Shown here: in pieces, positions 21,758 through 34,000 of the stretch
How positions within the stretch are numbered: position 1 is the stretch's first letter
Layout: each line of letters begins with the position of its first letter
Assembly: GCF_001186125.1 (NCBI RefSeq)
Contig: NW_014040237.1
Location: 1-63,888, forward strand
Origin: Sphaeroforma arctica JP610
Lineage: Eukaryota
Direction: 5' to 3'
DNA length: 63,888 nucleotides
The notes under the pieces: generated by a model
Seen by the model: only the letters and a program-made list of their open reading frames with translations
What the model was told of the DNA's origin: nothing
Database searches by the model: none
Program-made: the position numbers and the translations under genes

Positions 21758-24005
21758 GCAATGCATAATTAGGCACCTACCATGAGTCAAAATATATCAA
21801 TGAGAGACGAACGATGCATAGCAGTGTGTAGACGAGTACGTTGATGTGGGATAAAGAGATGTGATGGTGCATGCCTCGCCTCATTGGCGTTTCAAGCGGT
21901 GGGAAGCCCAGATGCAAAGGGTGACATTAACTCCATCAGGAGCTTGTGTCCTTGTCCAAGTACATGAGGTTAGAGTCGCTCGCAGACTATCTGTATCTGA
22001 AAATCTACATCGACATAAAAACAACTCTCCATCGCCGTGCATGGTATCTGTATTACTATTGGTTTCGCCAGAGTATGTGTTAGAGTAGTCCTGGTGAACG
22101 TCTTGTGAATTAACTTACCGAAGGAGTGGTGACTAGGCCCAATTCCCGTGGTGTGATCGTTAGATGATGAGTCTATTTCATTTTCTATCATAAGAGACAA
22201 TCGCGGAATTCTAACAACCAGGGGGTAGGGGCCACAACTCTGCAATCCCTACCACTCCCACAACTGTCTTTCAGTCAATTACCTCTCCCACTACGATGTA
22301 GGCGACGACACGCTCACAACTGCAAGTGCAATTTCTTCACTCGGTTGGGGTGTGCTTGGCTCATGAAATGTGCCTCAACGCACCCAGCACATGCTACACG
22401 ACATACACACAGTAGCAGGTAACATCTGTAGGAGCACAGCTTATAAACCAACTTACACACAACGTGGCAGACAAAGTACGTACATTGTACATCACATGTA
22501 GCGTGATGCTGTATTTATGACCAATGTGTTTAATCGGCTAGTCCTGGATCGCGCGGAAGATTCAATATACCTAATAGTTTATGTGAACGATACATATCCT
22601 TATTGTAGTTTAATAATGCACATACATCCGTAAATATATATATATATATATATACGTGTGCGTGCGTGTGTATGTGTGTGTATTTATGTGTATACTTTAA
22701 AAGTATTCCTAACTGCAGGGTAGTACTGTGTGTGTTGTTGAACGCACCACGGAACGTTTTCGCTAGCGTTGAGCCTGCTGTTGAGGCGATAACGGCTGTG
22801 CATGACATCTTGGAATATAAAACAGTGTGACTGTCCGCTGCAGTGTGAAGTTATGGCAAGGAATCACCTGTGTGTAATTGATTTGTTGTATCTGAAGTGC
22901 GTATATAAAGCACCACTCGAAAGCATAGACTAACCACCGAGGTAAAAAGACAAACCCGATAAAACCCTCGCCCAGAGTTTCAATCCCGGACCCAAAGCGA
23001 CACATACAACGCCCGAGGGCGTGTTTACCGATCACCGTGATCAAATACCCATACAGCGCGTTCTCAAATCACATGACGTCCATTCCATGACCCTCTGGAT
23101 AACGGGGTACATCCTCTCATCCTAGGGAATTCATGCTCCCGTATATCCCGTCTGCAGTGGGACATGACTATCCATGCATGTCTACGGGCTTATTGAGACT
23201 TCTTCCGCGTCGGTATTGATGGCTACGCGATGTGCATTGAAACACATGAGTCCTCACATATGTACGAAACACGATCCTTCGCACCAGCTCGGAGAAGTAG
23301 AAAACGTTTCTCGGCATGTATGCAGTGAATGTAGCATCTGTTTTGATGTACTGTAAGACTATGTATAAATGTGTAAAGCTTGCTCATATGAAACATTCCC
23401 CGTTGACCTCTAAAATACAAAAGGCAAGACACTATAAATTATCATGATAACCAATACTATATGTCCATTATGATATGTCGTTGATACTATACGTGAATAA
23501 TTTATTGGCAAAATACGTATACCAACGCACATGTACAATACCTGAAATATTCTTGTGAATGTAACAAAAGTATGTATTAAAACAATTATACGAACACGTC
23601 CTTCAGCCATGTTTTTGTAAGCAGAATACATACGAAGACCAATATATCAATTCTGTGTCGACGTCGTGAACCATACCAGCTGCCATATGTACGTATCGAC
23701 ATGACTTTTTTCATAGGCTCATGGCCATACATGTTCACTATATGTATCTCATTTGTTTTTTTTTAAACACATCTAGTTTGGAATGACAATACATACTGAG
23801 TACTGATAAGTCGAGGAGAATTTGACGGGCATTCTTATCGCCACGTGAATCTGATATTCTATAATCATTTGTTCGCATATCGATGTGTTATTTACTGAAA
23901 AATACTATTGTTATATATCTTTTGGACTACATCATATATTTTTCTTTTATTGTGGTACGCTATCTCTAGAGTATACACTGGTAGCGTGGTCAGATTAGAC
24001 TCGAG

Positions 24006-24660
24006 ATGGCTGAGAGGAAAAGTCAAGCCCTTCCGCTAAAGGAAGGATTCGGAGTGTTTGGTAGCGAATCTGAGGGCGAAGCGGAGGAAATACTAATTGA
24101 TTCTACGGCACAGCATGTGTTGATGCGGGACGGATTCGACGTGTTTGGTAGTGAAAGCGAAGACGAATATGAGGGAAATTCTGTAACCACACCACATGGG
24201 AAACAGGGATTGGACATCGGGCTTGAAGCTCAGGCAACAACAAGCGTCACCTCAAATAAATGTCTGCAAAACACGCCGATATATCTAGCCGATATGGATG
24301 CATGGCATGACATAACGTCACAACCACTGCAAACAGGACATTGCAGGTAAGTACCGCTTATATATTCTGGTAACAACTGAATGAGTTATACGCTGCATAC
24401 ATGGACTCTATGCCTTAGGGGAAGGATATAGCGCTCTATGTGTAGCTGGCCGTGATCTATGTACAGCCAGTCAATTACATACCACTTTTCCATGCTAGTT
24501 GGGCATCCTGAGATTCCAATTTTATCTACGCTTGTATATATATATATTTATATTTANNNNNNNNNNNNNNNNNNNNTAAACGTTAACTAATAGTAGTAGT
24601 TAATTAACTTAATTATTAGTAGTAAGTTAACGTTATATATATATGTGTATGTGTGTGTGT

Positions 24661-24703
<43 letters not shown>

Positions 24704-27700
24704 GTGTGTGTGTGTCTATGTATGATAATATATATAAATATAAGTATGTTTGTAATGTATATGTATATGTATATGAATTAAGATAGGTTTACCATGCGCT
24801 AATACACACATTTTTATTTTTCGCTTTTGCGAGTATCCGCATAAATGTATTTACTCGACCGGTCATCTCGTTTTTGTTCTCAATTTAGTTTCAAAAGGAA
24901 TATAGCAACAATCGGTGGTGGGCGAGCCTTCTATGCGGCAGACGATATCGCCGCGGGTTCTCTTATAATGTCTGAACGGCCCATCCTCGACTGGAGTGTG
25001 TGCAAACCTTATCAAAGAGGCGGAGAACGAATGGACGCCGTAGCGGTGCGCGAGTTGTTAACGGGCACCTATACTCCTTCTGTGGCTGTCGATGACACAA
25101 ACAGTCTCAACGAAGCAATCGAGAAAAAACTGGGGCAGGTAATACACGTATCATGCAATTCGATATGTATTGCGTGTCTCATTCAATTCGATATGGGTCT
25201 ACAGTGCTGCTGTATTCTGCAGAAGATCTGCGTGTAGTGGCATAAAGTGTTGTTGAACTCTCGAATACTTTTGAAGTCTGGTGTACGGAAATATGAACCG
25301 GATTATGGGATTTATCATATCAAGCGTGCCACTACGGTATAATTTTGCAGAGAAAACACTCGAATGTCTTCAAATCTGCATAGTTCGCAATCTATACGCA
25401 CCTCATTGTATCGACTGCGCGGCATTTGCTATTCTCATGCAACATTGCTTAACAACCTCTTATCCTCTCTCCGATTCCCATCACAGTTGGCATTGTTATG
25501 CCCTGTGTCCCTGGAGGCGTGCGATGTCGCCCCTGAGGTATTGGCTGAATTCCGAGCCAGCAATGGGGAGTTGGTGAGTTGCCTTGTAGCTGTCGTGACT
25601 GAGACATGCACGACCTATTGCAACCTTGTGACTGTTCTTCCTGCACCAGAATGACAATGACTTTCTTCCTTTATTCTGAAGTTGATTGTCTTTTCGTATT
25701 GTGTGTACGTTCATATTTCGCAGCGTACAATATTGTTTATGCGTACGGGATTGCAATGCATTTTTAAATTCGGTGTGTTTATATAGTCTAACGAGATATA
25801 ATCCAGGTGCCAGATAGTGATATATATTCCTCGCTCTTAGTTGTCGGGCGCATGCTGCTACTTCAAATGTAGCCAATTCAGAATGTGGCAATTGTTCTAT
25901 GCCACCATCCGTATGAGATATCAGCATTAGCCAAAGTTTATTGAACTTTGCCATCATACGCCACTGTGACGCTATCTGATTGGGTGCGGGACGTTGCGAT
26001 ACTTCAACCAAAATTACCAAATCAGGTAGTATGCTACAAGCGATGCCTCTAATACATGCTCTTCCTGATGGGGTTGCTTCAGCTAGCAGGTATACAGAAA
26101 ATGGTACGAAACACATACGAGGACCAAGGCGTGCCTTTGCCCAACTGTGTGCGCAACCTGATAGACGATGAGTACCAGTCGAATGAGGAGTATGTTGTTT
26201 CTCGTCAGTCGTTATTTGGTCAATCCAAACACAGTAGTGAACAAAATATACTGCATGCTGCTGGATGCACATGTGATTGTAACCATCTTTGCTCGCATTC
26301 TCCCAACCGCGTGTTTCTGAGTCGCGATTACTACGCAACTGCGTCTGTTTGATAGTGTGCTTATTTCACATCACTGTGTATTCAACAGAGGACTGAACGG
26401 TACCGATGCCTTGACCCGTATGCTCCTGGCGCTGCAGTTTAACGGCTTTGCGAGTGGACTGTATCTTCACCTGTCCATCGTCAACCACTCGTGCAACCCC
26501 AACTGTGTAAAGACCTCGGGCCTACAACTCCCGTAAGTATATCCAACGCGAGTCGATCCGAATCGAACCCCACATTCAGACCCAAAACCTCTTCGCCTAC
26601 TGAGCGCATCTGTTCTGACGTTTGCAACGAATTATCAGACGTCATTCGGCGCACATCGCCCTACCTGCTAGAGTTGCTACACTTTCCGTCTCTCACACGT
26701 TCACGATTCGAATGCGTACTCCACGCCCACTGGGTCAGATACCCAAGCTGGGCGTGGTGCTCGTGAGCATGTAAATGGTTTGCGTTTACATTACGATCAC
26801 ATAGCATGCACCTCGAATTTTTAAAAGGCAATAGCCAACATGGCCGCTGATCATGTGTAAACATACATCGAAAGCGATTACAGTTCAACGCCCACTTACA
26901 CGTAGAATTGATACCGACACGACTATATAGACTCACCGGAAGATGCCAATGTTGTTCCTACTACAGATCGTACACATGTCAAACAGTCATTGTTTGGAAG
27001 TGTGCAGTACAGTATACGGCCGAAATCCGGCCACTGTTTGGTGGTTGTAGGACACCGTAGGGCTGCTTAGCTATTTAGCAGATACTGTCAGCAGTCATTG
27101 TTTATTTCCATGTCACAACAAAGGAGATGGTATGTCCGATAGTATTTGTCAGCGAGGTGTATAATGCTGCCACAATTTTTATTTTTCCTCATCTGTCACC
27201 AGTGAGGATAACGCGTCAGCTTGGGGCTACTCCGAAATTCGGGCGGCTCGTGATATTCGGAAGGGAGAAGAATTGGTCATATCTTACTTGCAACCTCAAG
27301 AACAAAGTATGAGTGCACAGGCTATATCTTATATACCAACTCTGCGCTTGCACCGTACTGCGTGCGACTTGTGACATTGGCCTTTGTTGCTGTTTTTCCG
27401 GTGCGCTTCTGAACGCCCCTTCAGGTTTTCCTACAGTGATAGGATACCATTAGATGTGGTCGGTGTCTAGACATACATTTTTGTTCAGAGTGGAGAGGCT
27501 CGCCTGTATCGTTACAGACGAAGGTTGAGTGTAGACATATAGTTCTTTTATTCACTCCGTTTGCTTCTTACTTTGACCACTAGGCACACCGCGGCGGCAG
27601 AAGCAACTGCGGCACGCCTTTCATTTCGAGTGCGTGTGCGATTGGTGTTTGCCGTGCGCATGTCCTGACGATTTAGACTACCACACCCTCATCCATACTC

Positions 27701-29944
27701 AAGGTACGATGGGGTCTATCACCCCAGCCATTGGTATGTGTGTAAGTTTCGCGTACCGCTTCCATTGGTTTCCACTTCACTATGCGCAGAAGGCGTAGGA
27801 ATTCTAGTGTGGTAGTGCATCGAGGATACTTTAAAGGTGGGCTGTAGCACTGTACTTGTTTATTTAGTATGAATTTCAAATGTGTCTCGTCCGGCCCTAC
27901 ATCCCTTGTCTCCCTCATAATCTGCCGCACGTGATTCTTTACATAAATTTGTGGCAAGTCACTCAGCTTACGTAGTACCAATCACTTTCACCCGCCTGTT
28001 GCAGCACTCATACTCTGCTTGCATTGCGTTCTACTAAGTGCGAGGGACACACTGTACAGTTTACAGTGACCAGAACCCCAAGGATCACATTCAACATGCA
28101 GTGTGTTCATGCATACGTCGTGCGTAGGGTTGAGTGTGGCCGATGTTGACTCGCCCTGAAATTCTTACTACGCAGGTGATGTGTCAGACAGTGATATGCT
28201 ACAGCTAGAAGACAGCATAGAACACCTGGAGTCTGAGTACCGCGAGGCGACCAGTCCTGCAGCCAAGCTGGGTACGATGAATGTTACAAACTACACATAT
28301 GTATATGCGAATTGATTTTTGACATACTTTTTAGTACACCCGTCTGTATGAAGTTTTCTTGAATAACCTCCTATCTCTACTGGAAGGAATGCCCTTATCA
28401 AAGTGGGTACTGGTGGTAAGTACCCAAATGCGAGTGCGCAGCGCATATATCGCTTACTGTATAGAACGAACCACAGTGTTCTGGGGTGCAGAAGCAAAGC
28501 ATCAAGCCATAGGACACCATCATAGCCTTTAACTGACTGCGTATGCGTTTTCATTTCACTTGCTATACAATCGTTTACAAAATCTATCTATCCTTCAATC
28601 CAAAATATTTTTTCGTGTATGAACCATCACTCGCGCATCAGGCCGGAGTTAGTGTGCTTATACCATCTTTTGGTCTAAACTAAAGTGTTACCTAGATGGT
28701 CAGTTAAACACACACTCCACCATGCGTCTATGTTTGTTCAGATATTGCCGAACAACTTCTGGAGATCGAAAGCAGCGCAACCTACGAACACTTACCCGAG
28801 TACCACATCGTGCGTGTTCGCTTCGAGAACTTGAGGAGTGAAGTCCTTCAACAAGTATTGGGCTCTCCAGGCGATACAAGGTATCCCGTTTATATCTTTC
28901 GAGAATGGCGTGTTAGCGAGTAGCGGTGCTGAGAAGGCTAACAGGTCTGGCTCGTCCGAATGTTATTGTTTCAATTACACAACCTGACGGCGGCCACGAG
29001 CGCTCAGGCGAAATAGAGCACACACAGATAAACTGCGATTCACAGGCTAGACAAATGAATGGCATTCTACGGCTGCTGATTTAATTAGCAATCTGCGTAA
29101 GGGACGCTTCAGCCTGCGTGGGTGCCGGTTTGACATAGAAATAACACCAGGTCACATATCCGATCAAATGGTTATTCGCTCTTGCATCGGTGCGAGGTAT
29201 AGTGGGATGCAAACGATCACTGGCCCTGACCCTCGCTACTACTATACCAATCATGCAATCAATCATACTATACCAATCATGCAGTCCGCCAGAGTCTCTG
29301 ATGTGGTCCCTAGTCAACAAATTGACGATACAACGGCTCTATCTGGCTGAACACGACCAACGACTTGCCGATACTCTCCTCGCGCTGTCTTCCAGCGCCA
29401 ACCAACTCCTGGTGTCGCATCCAGAGGTCGCTACAACCGCGTTCAGGTGGGTTCTTCATGACCATTGAACGGGCAGTTTGTGTACAGCTAAACTTTTTGA
29501 GATGTGCGAGCAAACAGGGTAGTGTTGAAATTATGATTATTTGTACACGCACAAGTTGCTGTTTGACGATTGTTTGTAGTTTATGTACGTCTTGTTCTCA
29601 TAGTAGGGCCTGTTGGGTAGGTGTGACGTGGCAGTGGTGTACCCTGAACGCAGTGTATGTACTTGACTCTGGGCGCTTGTGCAGATATTTTCATTAGAGT
29701 GTCATCGTTTTTCTGTTTGTGAAGTGAAAAAATGTGAATTAATCACGACTGATTATCTGCTAAATTGCATTCCAGGAGCTTGAACATACCGGATACACAA
29801 GGGATGAGGTCGTACATAAGGGCCATTGACAAAGAGTGGGGTGTTATAAATAAGGCCAATAAGGCGAATCAGCGATGCGACCCAATTGCCGACAAAAAGG
29901 TCTTAGCGGCACAACACGTGGACAGGGTTGGGTTCGATGAATAA
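24006..29944 (+). CDS. SMYD-like split-SET lysine methyltransferase (no MYND finger seen) with post-SET and helical C-terminal region
   Basis: About 11 phase-consistent exons. N-SET GGGRAFYAADDIAAGSLIMSERP (~24914), QFNGFASGLYLHLSIVNHSCNPNC (~26435-26508), EIRAARDIRKGEELVISYL (~27234-27290), post-SET FHFECVCDWC (~27619-27648). Stop TAA at 29942-29944. The exon at ~26098-26189 and the last two exons are less certain. Confidence 0.85.
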
Positions 29945-31094
29945 GTCCGTGCTGAGCCGACGAACATAATCCGTTAAACGTAAATGAACTACGCTGGTGT
30001 GTAGCCCGCGATGGCCACAACCAGCGACACTTTAGATGACCAAGCTCTCTATCACAAATCTACACTTTAGAGAATCAAGCTCTTCAGATGCACGACACGC
30101 ACAACAAGCGATTGTGACTGGCAATAATCCTGCCGAACATTTGGACCGTCGTTTGCTCATTTCGCAAGTCGATGTAGGACAAATCGAGACGTAGAATGCA
30201 GACTCGAGAAATAATGTCATGTACACAAAATAGGATAGACCAAGTTGGGAAGACCGGGGCAGAAAGCCACAGATAGTCAGCATCTATCTACGGCAAACCA
30301 GGTAAAGCAATAAATTCAGTAACTGCAAATTGGCTTTCCGTAGCAAATCAACGAACAGCTAATGAACAGGATTGCTCACGTGGGGAAGTAAATGAGTACC
30401 AGTTGTGAGTCAAGGCTGTACTTCTCTCCATATCGTCAGGTGCTTTGCGTGCACAGCTCTATTACTGCGACCTGCCCTCTTGTTGGATTTGGCGGTCGCC
30501 GCCTTCCTCCGCTTCCATGCAATTACGCATGTGTAGTTTTATTCGGCTTTAGCAGGGTAAGCTTTAAGCAGACGAGACAGAGACACGCACAAGCCCAAAA
30601 TCTAGTAAGAAACACTCGCATAGCATCATGTCATACCACGAAGGGTATATATGCTGCTAATACAGAACTCTTCATGTGTCTGCAATATTTCTCACTCGGA
30701 CCCAAATTCAAAGGGGTGATGCGCAATCTCGTTTGTATGCGGCCATGCTTGAGGTCTTCTGCCGTTTCCTGTGGCGGTTAAAAATGCCCTGCCACACACA
30801 CTTCCCTCAATTTACGCATATTGTCATCGGCTATGGGTTTTCCTATCTTTAATGCTTCTAGTCATTCTGAAAATCACTGGTGATATACACTTGCTAAGAT
30901 CTATATCAGGTCTTTGGGTTCTCGATTCATCTCGGGAAACTTCTACAAATTTAAATAGTATATTTCTAAAGTATAGGATGTTTATGCCAGCATTTACCCA
31001 CCTCCTGACAGTACCGCAAACGTGCTTCGAACACTAATGTTGAAGTCGGCTTTTAATTCTAACATAGCCCCTGAGCCTGTATCGGATATTGCCG

Positions 31095-34000
31095 TCAGAA
31101 TTCTAATGTCGTCTGCCTTAATATTTTGCTCCTATTCCCTCGAGTTGGTTTCGAATTAATATCTTTAGCTTTGTCCTTTTTTGGGGCGCTACTCTGACCT
31201 TCCACTTTGACCGTGTTTTCATCGCTATCAACTTCGCTTGGAGCGGCCACCGCCTTCCTTTTACCGCTGTTGTGCGTATCTTTGGATACATACTCATATT
31301 CGCCTATCCCGGTTGTTTGTATGACTTTGTCAGCATTCGAGACATTCTGTGCGACGTCCTCTTCCCAGTTGATTTTACCGTCAGAATGCCTACATCGAAA
31401 TAAACAAATGGCACATTGCGTCAACGAAGTGCTCTCAAATTCCTTGCGAACGGAGCCACGAGATGTGGAGAAGTGATGTTGATTTTTATACGTCCACATA
31501 GATGCCTATTTGACTAGAGTAGCTTATCCGCAAATAAATGTTATTCTAGGGCTCGCATGCTCTCACTAGAATGAACCAAAAAAACTTCTGAAAAAATGAC
31601 ATGTTGCCTTGGCGCCAAACCTAAGAGCAAGGGCAAGCCAATCCAAGGCTCACAGAACAAGCGAAGACATATCTAACACAACACACCTGCCATAGGCATC
31701 CTTCATCTTGGTGAGATTTGCATTCTTGACGGTGTTGTGGTCTACAACTGGGTAGGGATAGTCCTTGCCGATGATGCAATTGGCCTTTTTCTGGACTGTT
31801 AATGGTGCCAGCCATGGTTCGTAGATATATTTCTTGGGCATATCCTGTATGAAACATGGTTTGCTTTCTAAGTTGTCCCATAAAATTGAAATCACCGAAT
31901 GGCACTATCTGCCTGGTATCGTGAACATCCAACCGGATCTCTTCATCAATCGTTATGATGAATACAGTCAATTCGAGCACAGCCATCTTTAGCCAGTACC
32001 GTTATCTAACAAATACAAAACCTCGCACTGTCTAGCTGAGTGCAGAACTTCGTTCTTATCCCGCATACACCACCAGCTGACCCAAGTGATAGCACTGCTC
32101 AAAGCGTGCGATGCATAATTCATTAAGCAATTTCGGGGCTGAATTTTCACCACAAAACGTATTTTACCGTACCAATTCCAAAGTGCGCAGTAGGTCTAAT
32201 CACGTACAGTACATACATACATACTTTCAGTACTGGCACAAAATGGCGGACGTGGTCGCCATTGGGATCAGTTTTCTTCGGCCAGGCAATCGGACTATAC
32301 ACACGGTAGAACTGATGAAAGAAGCCACTGGCACTCAACCACATCCAGTTCGCGTTGTTGAGACTCCAGTCGGCGTCAAGCAAATGCCTTTCGAAGGCTG
32401 TATGCGGGGATATGTTTTCATTTTTATCGGGTGAGTCCGTGCATGGCGCAAATACTCCAAAAGCTTGAAGCAGTACTTTTCTCTTCGACCGGGTGTTCTT
32501 AAACACCACTCAAAGACTTAAAGAGGATGCGACTACAACGCATTATACGGACCGGCCGATAGTTTTTTTTTGGACTGGCTGTCATCTCTAGTTTCCCAAG
32601 ACAAATTCATACGGATATCGACAAGTTTCAAACCCTCATAGTAATCTGCCGTTCACAGCCGATCCAGTTAGTATGACGACCCACGCGCACACAAAGAAAA
32701 TTTAGTTGCGCCAGCTGCGAGGTCTAGCGGTTTCCTGGCGAGTTTAGAGCACCAACACGCCACATCAAAGAGCCAGGTGCATAGTTCAGCAAGTGTACTG
32801 ATGAGAATCACGCCAATCGCTCACATAAAACTTACAAACACACCACAACGGCGACACGCTCGATGCGAGAATCACAGCAGTACTCACCGTCTCTACCCAT
32901 CTCCCAGTGCACCCACAGATCGCCCCTCGTCAGAAAACACGCCACACTGTGCCTCGCCAGGTGATGGATCCAGCCGGTAGTGCGCAGCTGAGTCATCACT
33001 GAATCAATCCAAGGGAACCTGAGGGGCAAAGACACCCGACGCAAACAAACCACAAGCGACCGCTTAGCCGTGAGTGCCAATGACGTTTAGAGATTGAAGA
33101 AAATTTAGAATACACCTACCGCCCATAGATGACCACCGGAACCCAACCCACCGGAAGGTCTCCAGAGACTAACCATTCAGTGCAGGAATGCAGGCATAAC
33201 ATCCCCTGACAGAATGGGAGAGGGTGCCTACCAAACCGTAACAGAAAGACTACTCGGAGACGTTATAACAAGCACCCGAGCACAGGCACAGGCATGTACT
33301 CACCCCGTATGGCTCTTCTCCCACGCCCTCAGCAGAGCCATATCTCTACTCCAGGGAATTTGTTTACATATGCTATTACCTACCATAGCGCCAAAGTGTG
33401 GTAATTCTCGCCTGCAATTGAACGGAAATGTATTGCACATGCGATCTTAATACATATATTTGTATAGCTATTGCAGTATGCACAAAATGTCACCGAACGA
33501 TCCGCTTAAGACGGGTAGTGTACACGTGGCAATGAGCGTATACGTTTTGAACACGCGCACTACAACTGAAAATACCACAGGCAAAAACGCTGCGACAAAA
33601 GACATTATAGGAATTGAAAAGGCTGGATGCGAAATAATCGTACACGACAGGTAGTATCTTACTAAGCCACATTGAGAAGCTCGAAAAAATACAAACCATC
33701 CTAGTGAGGTTGTCAGAAGTATTCACTTCAGTGCTCCCAACTAAAAATTGTACCACACATTTGTTGCTGGTGATGATGTAAAAGCTGGAATCGTATTTGG
33801 TCACATATCTGGCTTACGAAGCGTAGTCATGTACACAATCTAAGACCATCGGACATATCACAGTAGGCACATAGGTGCAGACTATCGCCGAACATGTAAT
33901 GAAACAGAAGGACTCAGCTGCAAGTGTGCTCATTTGAAAGAATACACACAGATGAAATCAGGTGAATGTGCACGGAAACGGTACGTATATAGAAATAGTG

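Noticed and set aside
24577..24635. Imperfect AT-rich palindrome (AACGTTAAC...GTTAACGTT)
   Set aside because: Low complexity and adjacent to an assembly gap; could be an artefact.
25496..26338. 280-aa minus-strand ORF
   Set aside because: Antisense to SET-gene exons and introns, with no recognisable motif.
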